DNA of 49,340 nucleotides from an uncultured Candidatus Saccharibacteria bacterium (GTDB lineage Bacteria; Patescibacteriota; Saccharimonadia; Saccharimonadales; CAYUUR01): NCBI GenBank assembly GCA_964448075.1, contig CAYUUR010000005.1, positions 1 to 49,340 of the forward strand, read 5' to 3'. Shown piece by piece: positions 26,544 to 34,525 of this stretch (position 1 is its first letter; each line of letters starts with the position of its first letter). The notes under the pieces were generated by a model. It saw only the letters and a program-made list of their open reading frames with translations, ran no database searches and was not told where the DNA came from. The position numbers and the translations under genes were made by a program.

Positions 26544-27272
26544 CTAATCTCCCAGCCCGTATACTTGTTTGAATTTGTTTTCAAGGCTGCCATAATTTGC
26601 TACCACTTGTGCGGTGGTGTCAGCGTACATTACCCTTCCAGCGTGTATCATGACTGTCTCGTCCGAAAATCGTTCTGCCCACCAGAGATCGTGCGTTGAC
26701 GCCAGCACACTGCCTTGACTCTGCACAAAATCTTTCATGAGTCGTTCTACTTGGATTATTGCTACTGGGTCGAGCCCATTACGGAGCTCATCAATAATCA
26801 AAACGCTTGGCTGGTGTGCCAGAGCGGCGATTATTTGGAGCTTTTTCTTATTGCCATGACTAAGGGACCCAATCTGCAGGCGCCGATTCTTAAAGTCCAA
26901 CCGGTCACAAAGTTGGTCGATACGCTTATCAACTCCTTGGCCGTAGACGTCGGAAAGCAAGGCAAAAAACTCATCAGCGCAAAGTTCAGGAATCACCCAA
27001 TTATCGTCATCCGGGATAAACCCTATGACCGAATTGATGAGTTTTTGGGTCTTCAATGATGAATCGATGCCACAGATCCTGATGCGCCCCTTATACATAG
27101 GAAGTAACCCCACAACCGCTTCGATAAGCGTTGTCTTACCGCTACCATTGGCGCCAACCAGGCACGTTACTTTGCCCTTTTGCAATCGTACGCTATCGAC
27201 CTGCAAGGTAAAGTTTTTGTTTCGTTTAATGGTCAGGTCGTTAATCTCTAGGACAGTATTATTTGATTTCAT
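26544..27272 (-). CDS. ABC transporter ATP-binding protein
   Basis: Walker A GANGSGKTT, signature LSHGNKKKL, Walker B VLIIDE, H-loop STHD. ATGA start/stop overlap with the upstream gene. Confidence 0.9.
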   Translation of the reverse strand: MKSNNTVLEINDLTIKRNKNFTLQVDSVRLQKGKVTCLVGANGSGKTTLIEAVVGLLPMYKGRIRICGIDSSLKTQKLINSVIGFIPDDDNWVIPELCADEFFALLSDVYGQGVDKRIDQLCDRLDFKNRRLQIGSLSHGNKKKLQIIAALAHQPSVLIIDELRNGLDPVAIIQVERLMKDFVQSQGSVLASTHDLWWAERFSDETVMIHAGRVMYADTTAQVVANYGSLENKFKQVYGLGD

Positions 27273-28114
27273 GCTACTTGCTTTCTGTTAGAGACGAGCT
27301 TAACTAATTGCTTCCCGTCACCATAAAATGGTAACCAACTCGAGAAATGGAATGCCATGCACACATATCCAACTACTATCGCTTCAGAACCAACTACCAA
27401 GCTGGCGCCAAGCGCTATACCGTAGCTTAGGAACGCGCCGCCGAGTGGCCCCAATAAAGAAGATAGCAGCTCACTGAGCGGACTCAATGACTTATGCAAG
27501 ATACCGATTCTCAGACCGCGCCGAATCAGTACTCGATGCTTCTGAGCATGAGCAAAGCGACTGTGGACGTATTCGTGCAACGAAAGAGAGGCTATGACTG
27601 TTATATTGAACTGAACAAATAACGCACTAATAATTCTTACATCAAGCAGCCCTGTACCGTAAACGAGAAAACTTACCAAAAACGACGCCAACATTACGGG
27701 AAGCGACGCCCGGATCGCCATCGTCAAGATGCCTCCGAAATTAGCACTCCCCCTCGAAGACCGTGCTATCGTCGGCAGGCGATACAGTATCGCTCGCACT
27801 CGGTAATCAAATCTGCTACGATCAAATATCTTTCTCCGCTGAACAGATAACCCAGCAATATCATTAAGGAATGTCAGTATCTCATTTAGTTCGTCGCCCT
27901 TTATCTTAAGTGCTTTTGCCTGTGTCAACCAGATACCTCCTCGTGCTCCATTCTCAAGTAATGAAATTAGCTTTGCTGCGCGATGCTCCATGACGTGATG
28001 TCGCCCTGTGGCCTCATCAACAAGTACCATTCCCCTAATGCGCAAACCAGCAGAGAGTGACAGTTCGTCACTCTCTGTAAATGCACCCGTACTGGCGAGT
28101 AAACAGCTGTCCAT
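27269..28114 (-). CDS. Membrane zinc metalloprotease (M50/site-2-protease-like) with an N-terminal PqqD/RRE-like domain
   Basis: HEYVH (HExxH) sits in a hydrophobic region and a distal LPFYGDG resembles the S2P LDG motif. The N-terminal ~100 aa (VLVDEATGRHHVMEHRAAKLISLLENG...LNEILTFLNDIAGL) resemble PqqD-type peptide-binding domains. Confidence 0.55.
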   Translation of the reverse strand: MDSCLLASTGAFTESDELSLSAGLRIRGMVLVDEATGRHHVMEHRAAKLISLLENGARGGIWLTQAKALKIKGDELNEILTFLNDIAGLSVQRRKIFDRSRFDYRVRAILYRLPTIARSSRGSANFGGILTMAIRASLPVMLASFLVSFLVYGTGLLDVRIISALFVQFNITVIASLSLHEYVHSRFAHAQKHRVLIRRGLRIGILHKSLSPLSELLSSLLGPLGGAFLSYGIALGASLVVGSEAIVVGYVCMAFHFSSWLPFYGDGKQLVKLVSNRKQVA

Positions 28115-28115
28115 A

Positions 28116-28313
28116 CTAGCGACAGTAAATCGTTACTCTTCCGCGCAGCCACTCGGTTGATACTTTTCGCACACCGCGCCAGCCGCATAGAACGGTCGCA
28201 GCGGCGACAACGCCACCAAGCGCTATACAAAACGCCAAAGCTGCGACAATTACCGCAGCCTCTTTGATTTCATAGTCGGCCAGTTGGTCGGCTATAATCA
28301 TTTGTTTTGACAT
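28116..28313 (-). CDS. 65-aa hydrophobic peptide, candidate precursor or substrate peptide
   Basis: AGGAGGG SD 8 nt upstream. The sequence has a polar N-terminal 19 aa, a 27-aa Ala/Gly/Val/Cys-rich segment and a basic tail. Its stop is 1 nt from the start of the protease gene. Confidence 0.6.
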   Translation of the reverse strand: MSKQMIIADQLADYEIKEAAVIVAALAFCIALGGVVAAATVLCGWRGVRKVSTEWLRGRVTIYCR

Positions 28314-28575
28314 GTTATTAGCACCCTCCTATTTAGTTAATAACATGCTCATATTTACCGCCGTTTTTTACACGCGTCAAGGGTTAATTTTTCTTGCTTT
28401 TCATCTCTGTTATGCTACGCTAACATTGTTCGAAGCTGTGCCAAAATTCTGAACCAACATACTGCCCGCATAATACTCTCTGTTGTGAGTAAAATTTGGC
28501 TCAAAAATTGCTCTTTTCCCACAGTATTTTCACGAACGATGTAGAAAATACTTGGTGCGATGATTTAAAAACAAA

Positions 28576-28604
28576 TTGAGTTAGTTGCAAACATCACCTA
28601 CAAT
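28576..28604 (+). promoter_or_regulatory. Promoter TTGAGT-17-TACAAT, with the ATG 6 nt after the -10 (leaderless)
   Basis: Read directly upstream of 28611. Confidence 0.5.
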
Positions 28605-28610
28605 TAGTGC

Positions 28611-28982
28611 ATGTCAGTCAAAATCGCCATTATTGAAGACGATCAAGCGATTTCTCAAATGTACCGTATTAAGTTTGAGGCGGAAGGTTACAGTGTAGAA
28701 ACCGCCGAAAACGGCAAGCTCGGGCTTGAACTCTGTGAAAAGATGCGCCCAGAGATCATACTGCTCGACCTGATGATGCCAGAAATGACCGGAGATGTCA
28801 TGCTAGACAAACTCCGTAAAACAACCTGGGGTAAAAGCATCAAGGTTGTTATCCTTACTAACATGGGCGAACAAGAGATTCCTGAAAGTGTCAAAAAGCT
28901 TGGTGTTTCTGCAGTAATCCTTAAGGCAGATATGACGCCACGCCAGGTCGCAGAACTCGTCAAAAAACAACTCGGAAACTAA
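28611..28982 (+). CDS. Stand-alone receiver-domain response regulator (REC only)
   Basis: 123 aa (EDD, LLDLMMP, ILTN, LKA). It ends 4 nt upstream of murD. Confidence 0.9.
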   Translation: MSVKIAIIEDDQAISQMYRIKFEAEGYSVETAENGKLGLELCEKMRPEIILLDLMMPEMTGDVMLDKLRKTTWGKSIKVVILTNMGEQEIPESVKKLGVSAVILKADMTPRQVAELVKKQLGN

Positions 28983-28986
28983 CAAC

Positions 28987-30318
28987 ATGAAGATTGCTAT
29001 CCTCGGTTTTGCTAGTCAGGGCCGTGCCGCCTACGAATACTGGAAGAGCCCCGATAACCAGATAACTATTTGTGATTCACGCGATTCTATTGAAATACCT
29101 GAAGATACGACTCCACAACTTGGCGCAGATTATCTGCAGGGCCTAGATCAGTTTGATCTGATTGTGCGAGGGGCACCGATTATCCACCCACGTGACATCA
29201 TTGCGGCAAACTCACCAGAGATTGTTGCCAAAGTCACGTCTGCAACCAATGAATTCTTCCGGGTGTGCCCAAGCAAAAATATCATTGGCGTGACCGGTAC
29301 TAAAGGCAAAGGCACGACATCTACACTGATTGCCCGCTTGTTAGAAGCCGCCGGCAAAACAGTACACTTGGGCGGCAACATTGGCATACCGCCACTTGAT
29401 ATGCTGAAGGGCAATATCCAGCCAGAAGACTGGGTCGTACTAGAACTGGCTAACTACCAACTAATCGACCTTAAGTACTCCCCCGCAACCGCCGTCTGTT
29501 TGATGGTTGTACCTGAACACCTTGATTGGCACGCTGACATGGCAGAATACGTAGAGGCAAAGCAGCAGCTATTTAAGCACCAAACGCATGAAGATCGCGC
29601 AATTTATAACCGTATTAACCAGTACTCACAAGATGTCGTCAGCGTATCTATGGCAGAAAAACAATCATATGAAGTGCCCGGGCCTGGCGCTGAACCAACC
29701 GAACGCAATGGTGCGTACGTGTTGGATGACGTAATCTACATGGACGATACTGCCGTCTGCCACGCGCAGGACGTAAAGTTATTGGGACGACACAACCTCG
29801 AAAACGTCTGTGCTGCACTGGCAACAATCTGGGATCTCATTAACCACAATGCTGGCTTGTTCAAACAAGTGGTGAGCGAATTTAGTGGTCTAGAGCATCG
29901 ACTAGAGCTCGTCCGTGAGTTAGACGGCGTGAAATACTACGATGATTCTTTTGGGACAACACCAGAGACCGCAACCGTTGCAATCCAGGCATTTGAACAA
30001 CCTAAGGTCATTATCTTGGGCGGGTCAGACAAAGGCGCGACGTATGATGAACTAGCCCATGCCGTGGCATCCAATAACGTAAAACATGCGGTGCTCATCG
30101 GCAAAACGGCACCAGCAATCAAGGCAGCATTACAAACAGCAGGCTTCGATAACTTCAGTGACGGCGGGGAATCCATGACAGAAATTGTGGCAAGCGCACA
30201 AGACGTCGCCGAACCAGGGGATATTGTGCTCCTCTCTACTGCCTGTGCAAGTTTTGATATGTTTGAGAACTATCAGGACCGGGGTGAACAATTTAAGCGC
30301 GCGGTTCAATCCCTGTAA
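28987..30318 (+). CDS. murD: UDP-N-acetylmuramoyl-L-alanine--D-glutamate ligase
   Basis: GVTGTKGKGTT P-loop, Mur-ligase middle and C-terminal domains, and the LLSTACASFDMFENYQDRGEQF C-terminal signature. Confidence 0.85.
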   Translation: MKIAILGFASQGRAAYEYWKSPDNQITICDSRDSIEIPEDTTPQLGADYLQGLDQFDLIVRGAPIIHPRDIIAANSPEIVAKVTSATNEFFRVCPSKNIIGVTGTKGKGTTSTLIARLLEAAGKTVHLGGNIGIPPLDMLKGNIQPEDWVVLELANYQLIDLKYSPATAVCLMVVPEHLDWHADMAEYVEAKQQLFKHQTHEDRAIYNRINQYSQDVVSVSMAEKQSYEVPGPGAEPTERNGAYVLDDVIYMDDTAVCHAQDVKLLGRHNLENVCAALATIWDLINHNAGLFKQVVSEFSGLEHRLELVRELDGVKYYDDSFGTTPETATVAIQAFEQPKVIILGGSDKGATYDELAHAVASNNVKHAVLIGKTAPAIKAALQTAGFDNFSDGGESMTEIVASAQDVAEPGDIVLLSTACASFDMFENYQDRGEQFKRAVQSL

Positions 30319-30958
30319 GTAAACGTTCTACCTGACGCACTACCGCTGCTTCTGGCTGAACTACAGTAGCTTTGTTGCCTACCGCCGCTTTTATTTCTTC
30401 TTCTATCCAGTGGTAATGCGTGCAGCCAAGCACGATGACATCAGCACCTGCCTGTAGGGCTGATTCTAAACCTGTATCGATGTGTTGTCTGTTAATAAGA
30501 TTGTTTTCTATCAAGTATGACCAGTTGCTACAATCAGGTTCGATGACTGTGATGCCCTCTGCGTACTCTTGTTTGAGCCAAGCATACCGCGGACTAGCCA
30601 GCGTTGTTGGCGTCGCGCAGACCGCAATCACTTTGGTCTTTGTCAATGCAACAGCCGGCTTGACCATCGGCTCTACCGCAACCAGCGGGACAGAAATAAT
30701 TGCTCTGAGCTCTTCAATCAGTGTCGTGCTAACAGTATTGCATGCGACCACAATAACGTCGCAGCCATCCGTAGCCAAGCTTTGCAATATTGGCACCACA
30801 AAGCCCTTTATTTCTTCTGGAGTACGCGTTGCATATGGCACATGCTCAACATCATTACGGAATAGCACCTGATGTTCTGGCAGTGCTGATTCAAGCGCAT
30901 TGGCAACAGATTTGCCACCAACACCAGAATCAAATACACCTATCTTAGACATTTGCAT
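30293..30958 (-). CDS. murI: Glutamate racemase
   Basis: IGVFDSGVGG, VVACNTVST and LGCTHYH motifs. The real start is at MQMSKIG (30958 or 30952). The listed N-terminal extension to 31090 was rejected. Confidence 0.85.
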   Translation of the reverse strand: MQMSKIGVFDSGVGGKSVANALESALPEHQVLFRNDVEHVPYATRTPEEIKGFVVPILQSLATDGCDVIVVACNTVSTTLIEELRAIISVPLVAVEPMVKPAVALTKTKVIAVCATPTTLASPRYAWLKQEYAEGITVIEPDCSNWSYLIENNLINRQHIDTGLESALQAGADVIVLGCTHYHWIEEEIKAAVGNKATVVQPEAAVVRQVERLLTGIEPRA

Positions 30959-31553
30959 ACCGCCAGAGTGGAGAATCATCCGGAAGGATATTAGGGATTG
31001 ATAGGACTTCAAGCGTATGCAAACGCAACCGAGAAGCGTCTGATTCCAGTAAAGCCGGGTCGCCTCGATGAGCAATGCTGAAGAAATCAATGTCTTTGTC
31101 AGCCATTTCGTCCATCGCTAACATACCGTCGAGTGACGTTCGCTTGGTGCTGAAGTCATCCACTATAAGAATTCGACGCGCTGCGACAAGGGACCGACGA
31201 TCATTAGCACGAAGCGCAGAGAAACGTTTGATGCCAGGCGCAGCAGGCTCCTTGCGAAAATACAATACTGGTATGCGATACGTGGGAGCAAGCGCATCGC
31301 TGAGTGCTTCCCCAAACCGTGTGCCGCCATTAGGAATACCACAGATATATTCAACCTCCGACAGATCGGGGACTTCTTCGATGACTTGTTCCTTCATGAG
31401 TCCGACAGTCCGCATAAAGAACGCACTACCCTGTACGATCCGATCGGCTTCTAGTTTGTTATTTGCTGCTTCGCCACTGGCGAATGGTTCGTCGGTCTCT
31501 GGGTCACGACGTTCAAGGCACGTTGCGAGCAGCTCCTCGCGAAAACTAAGCAT
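30945..31553 (-). CDS. Phosphoribosyltransferase-family protein (OPRT-like)
   Basis: PRPP-binding loop RILIVDDFSTKRTS. 202 aa. It overlaps the folD stop and the murI start. Confidence 0.5.
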   Translation of the reverse strand: MLSFREELLATCLERRDPETDEPFASGEAANNKLEADRIVQGSAFFMRTVGLMKEQVIEEVPDLSEVEYICGIPNGGTRFGEALSDALAPTYRIPVLYFRKEPAAPGIKRFSALRANDRRSLVAARRILIVDDFSTKRTSLDGMLAMDEMADKDIDFFSIAHRGDPALLESDASRLRLHTLEVLSIPNILPDDSPLWRYANV

Positions 31554-32364
31554 TGTCCACCATGGCGCGTGCCGCGCGAATTACATTGTCAAATAACGCC
31601 GTAACGGTCAGTGGCCCGACACCGCCTTTTTCTGGGGTGATCTTGATATTGGGCATATCCCGAACAGATGGGGCAACATCCCCTATCAGACCATTCTTAT
31701 CTGTTGCAACGCCAGCGTCAACAACCACCGCGTCATCCTTCACCATATCCGGCGTGATCAACCCAGGCACGCCTGTGGCACTTACAATCACATCAGCATC
31801 ACGCAGTTTTTCTGGCAAATCGGGGGTTTGTTTGTCGGCCACCAATACATCGTAATCAGAATGCGACCACAGCTTAGCAAGCGGGCGGCCAACCAGACGA
31901 CCGTGCCCTACAATCACAATCTTCTTGCCGGCGGACAGCTCAACATTATAACCAGCAAGCAACCAGCTAATTGCTATTGGCGTAGGCGCATCATAGATAG
32001 CGTTACTACTCAGACCATCCACGTCTTTTTCTGGCGCAACTGCATTGAGAACCTCGTCTGTCTGTGTGGGGTCTGGGAGGGGTATCTGCACAATGATGCC
32101 GTGCACTGAGTCATCTTGGTTGAGCTGTTTAATACGGTCGAGCGCTTCAGCTTGGTCGATTGTGTGCACGTCTACCGTCACGCCAATTTCCTCACCATAG
32201 TTTTGTTTAAGCTGCATATAGCGGTCAACGATCGGGTCTGGATTGGTCCGAATGATTGCGAGTTTTGGCTGCAACTGGTCTGCCTGCACCAGGGCACGCA
32301 CTTGTTTTGCTTGGCGCTCTTTAATGTATTCGGCTAGGTCTTTACCGTTAAGCAACTTTGTCAT
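31546..32364 (-). CDS. folD: Bifunctional methylenetetrahydrofolate dehydrogenase/cyclohydrolase
   Basis: LAIIRTNPDP, HGIIVQIPLP, VIVGHGRLVGRPLA and PEKGGVGPLTV motifs. Confidence 0.9.
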   Translation of the reverse strand: MTKLLNGKDLAEYIKERQAKQVRALVQADQLQPKLAIIRTNPDPIVDRYMQLKQNYGEEIGVTVDVHTIDQAEALDRIKQLNQDDSVHGIIVQIPLPDPTQTDEVLNAVAPEKDVDGLSSNAIYDAPTPIAISWLLAGYNVELSAGKKIVIVGHGRLVGRPLAKLWSHSDYDVLVADKQTPDLPEKLRDADVIVSATGVPGLITPDMVKDDAVVVDAGVATDKNGLIGDVAPSVRDMPNIKITPEKGGVGPLTVTALFDNVIRAARAMVDNA

Positions 32365-32439
32365 GCAATGAATTCTACCATAATAACAGAGAAGAGCCGA
32401 ACGAATCGGCCCTTCCTTTTGTCTGTGCTTTTGTGCTAC

Positions 32440-32934
32440 TTAGGCAGCTACAGGTGCTTTTGGCTTTGCAGAACCGCCTGGCTTACCACCAGGGCCTACA
32501 TACTTAGCGTCACCAAAGGCGAAGTATAGAACTCCGACAAGTGGAACGAAGAACAACAATGCGTAGATTGGTTCTTTACCAAAGGACTTAGCAAGTTCGA
32601 TACAGATAATGATCGTAACCGCGAGACTGGCGAGATAGCCAACAAATGGGACCCAAGAGATGAGCCATACAAGTGACCACCAACCTGGCTTACCAGCAAT
32701 TTCACAGAGAACCCAGTAGTTATAGAAAGGAATCAGGACCTTCCAGCCTTCAACACCAGCCTTTTCAAAGATCTTCCAACCAGCAACAACGCTGACCACA
32801 AGAATGACGAGGTAAAAAATCAAGAAGAATCCGCTAAAAATAGCCAATCCAGCTAGTCCCGCCTTATCATCGGCTGTTAATGTTGTGTTGTCATACGTAT
32901 ATGTTGTATACGTCTGAGCAAGTAAATTGAGCAT
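32440..32934 (-). CDS. DUF5684-like small membrane protein
   Basis: KIFEKAGVEGWKVLIPFYNYWVLCEIAGKPGWWSL signature with 4 hydrophobic helices. Confidence 0.6.
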   Translation of the reverse strand: MLNLLAQTYTTYTYDNTTLTADDKAGLAGLAIFSGFFLIFYLVILVVSVVAGWKIFEKAGVEGWKVLIPFYNYWVLCEIAGKPGWWSLVWLISWVPFVGYLASLAVTIIICIELAKSFGKEPIYALLFFVPLVGVLYFAFGDAKYVGPGGKPGGSAKPKAPVAA

Positions 32935-33006
32935 ACTACCCTCCAGTTATTTATATAAGTTCAGTATAGCCTACTGTTGTTAAGAATGGAATATGTGCAT
33001 AACCTC

Positions 33007-33035
33007 TTGTCAATAACAGAGGTATATGCTATGAT
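33007..33035 (+). promoter_or_regulatory. Promoter TTGTCA-17-TATGAT upstream of the tRNA-Lys locus
   Basis: The -35 is at 33007-33012 and the -10 at 33030-33035. It fires into the 18-nt tRNA 5' fragment, about 160 nt upstream of the intact tRNA. Confidence 0.5.
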
Positions 33036-33072
33036 TTGACGGTTATTTTTGTCCGCGATACCTAAGGTAGAC

Positions 33073-33090
33073 GGGCCAGTAGCTCAGCTG
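33073..33090 (+). pseudogene. 18-nt copy of the tRNA-Lys 5' end (acceptor plus D-stem), orphan fragment
   Basis: GGGCCAGTAGCTCAGCTG is identical to 33194-33211. Confidence 0.9.
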
Positions 33091-33193
33091 CCTGTTCGAG
33101 GCTTCAGCCGAGTAAAGTTATAAGCACCAGCTGCTCTAACGACTCAAACTGAACTTTCGCAGACAAGACAAGCTTGCACCTTTCATACATCAT

Positions 33194-33270
33194 GGGCCAG
33201 TAGCTCAGCTGGTTAGAGCACCTGCCTCTTAAGCAGGGTGTCGAGGGTTCGAGTCCCTCCTGGCCCTCCA
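33194..33270 (+). tRNA. tRNA-Lys (anticodon CUU), CCA encoded
   Basis: Manual cloverleaf: acceptor GGGCCAG/CTGGCCC, D arm GCTC-AGCTGGTTA-GAGC, anticodon arm CCTGC-CTCTTAA-GCAGG, T arm GAGGG-TTCGAGT-CCCTC. 77 nt. Confidence 0.9.
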
Positions 33271-33278
33271 TATAAAAT

Positions 33279-33303
33279 GCCTCACTACAAAGTGGGGCTT
33301 TTT
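33279..33303 (+). terminator. Intrinsic terminator after tRNA-Lys
   Basis: GCCTCAC-TACAAA-GTGGGGC followed by TTTTT. Confidence 0.7.
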
Positions 33304-33456
33304 ATATGACCGTTCAAGTGGGGCTCGAAGCCTCGGCAGTGTCGAGGGGGAGAACTGCCCGATGGCAGTTCGGACGGCAATCTTCTGATGAAAACTGGTT
33401 TTCAATCAAGAAGTTGCGGGGTCGCGGAACGTGACCGAGTCCCTCCTGGCCCTCCA
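33304..33456 (+). repeat. tRNA-end-bounded miniature element, copy A (153 nt), ending in a 21-nt copy of the tRNA-Lys 3' end
   Basis: 33436-33456 (CGAGTCCCTCCTGGCCCTCCA) is identical to 33250-33270. An internal hairpin GAACTGCC-CGAT-GGCAGTTC lies at 33352-33371. The element is homologous to copies X and Y. Confidence 0.75.
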
Positions 33457-33464
33457 ATTCATGA

Positions 33465-33486
33465 AGCTCCCTCTTGGGGGCTTTTT
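33465..33486 (+). terminator. Second intrinsic terminator, after the duplicated tRNA 3' end
   Basis: AGCTCCC-TCTT-GGGGGCT followed by TTTT. Confidence 0.65.
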
Positions 33487-33646
33487 GAATTGGAGAACTA
33501 GCGGCTTCGACCCTCGACACGCCTCAAAGGTGTTGAGGTGAAAACAGCCCGATGGCTGTTTGCAAGGAAACTTACTCCTCAAAACTTGTTTTGATGGATG
33601 TAATTTCGGGCCTGCCGAAGGTAGGTCGAGTCCCTGTCCGTCCGCC
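33487..33646 (+). repeat. tRNA-end-bounded miniature element, copy X (~160 nt), ending in a degenerate tRNA-like 3' segment
   Basis: Hairpin AAACAGCC-CGAT-GGCTGTTT at 33542-33561. It shares the blocks GGTGAAAAC, TTTGCAAG and GGGCCTGCCGAAGGTAGGTCGAGTCCCT with copy Y. Confidence 0.7.
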
Positions 33647-33672
33647 TGTCTTTCATATGATATGATCAGTTT

Positions 33673-33933
33673 ATGCAGACATTTACTTTTTTTGCTGGCT
33701 GGACGAGATGCACTGTCGAGGAAGCACAACAGAAAGACCTAGCCAACAAGCTCGCAGTAGTAGCTTTTATCTGTCTCATTCTTGCTACGTATCTCACTAA
33801 TAGGTTTTTAGTGAACCGTCAACTAAGGCAAGGTAGGAAAGACGGTAACATCTTGACGATTACTTTACTGGCTATCACTGCATGTATTCTTGTCCCGTTT
33901 TTAATACTGTTCTCCCTCTCACCATGGTGTTAA
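33673..33933 (+). CDS. Small two-TM membrane protein, hypothetical
   Basis: 86 aa with an ATG start and two hydrophobic helices. Confidence 0.45.
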   Translation: MQTFTFFAGWTRCTVEEAQQKDLANKLAVVAFICLILATYLTNRFLVNRQLRQGRKDGNILTITLLAITACILVPFLILFSLSPWC

Positions 33934-34022
33934 TCTTGGTAGTTTAGCTACAGCAAAAACCACGACGGCCTTCCTATCCTGTTATGCTTGCAAAATCTAG
34001 CTTTTAAACTTACTGTACGATT

Positions 34023-34436
34023 ATGCAAATATCATACTTTGAACAAGACGGGATGGCGTACAGCTTTGAACCACCTATTGAAGTGGGCGATAGGGATGCA
34101 AAATCAATTCATCATCTAGCAGCATTTGCGCTTTTAGGCCCAGAAATTGACAATGCAACTTTAAGGAATGCAATGCAACAGTTTGCAGATATATTACAAA
34201 CTCCAACGGAGCGGACGGAGGCCTTCAACCAATTTTTGACAGGCAAACATACCGTTACTGGAGAAAGATTGCCTGGTGGGATGCCTACTTGGCGGAGCGA
34301 CCCACCAAGAGAAGAATCAACACCGGGAGCGACTCTAAACCCAGAATCAAGTAGGCTACTACAAGAAGAGCTTAGAGATATCGATGAAGCGAGAATGGCA
34401 GTTCGCAGCATGGATGTAATTGTTTATCCAAGCTGA
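34023..34436 (+). CDS. Hypothetical protein
   Basis: 137-aa ORF, followed by the hairpin ACAGAGGT-GATTT-ACCTCTGT plus a T-run. Confidence 0.45.
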   Translation: MQISYFEQDGMAYSFEPPIEVGDRDAKSIHHLAAFALLGPEIDNATLRNAMQQFADILQTPTERTEAFNQFLTGKHTVTGERLPGGMPTWRSDPPREESTPGATLNPESSRLLQEELRDIDEARMAVRSMDVIVYPS

Positions 34437-34525
34437 TTACTACGCAACCTTACAAACGATGGCCCTCCAATACTCCCAAACTTAAAACAGAGGTGATTTA
34501 CCTCTGTTTTTGATATAGTTAAATA

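Noticed and set aside
30959-31090. N-terminal extensions on the ORF track for murI, and similarly for folA (39112-39162), the P-loop NTPase (47013-47150), 36669-37274, 46514-46534 and the APH-like gene (49104-49316)
   Set aside because: The conserved N-terminal family motifs begin at internal ATGs. The extensions overlap neighbouring genes or non-coding elements and start at non-ATG codons.
33304-33646. Idea that elements A and X are tmRNA (ssrA), a two-piece tmRNA, or an intron-containing tRNA
   Set aside because: There are three copies. No 5' strand is complementary to the 3' acceptor-like end. There is no G:U-containing alanine-type acceptor, no tag reading frame and no group I intron core motifs. 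The T-loop-like segments of X and Y are one nucleotide short of canonical.
33314-33742. Three 60-107-aa ORFs (both strands) over the tRNA-Lys downstream elements
   Set aside because: They cover terminator hairpins and tRNA-derived sequence. Their products are Arg/Ser/Cys-rich. The repeat-element interpretation explains the region better.
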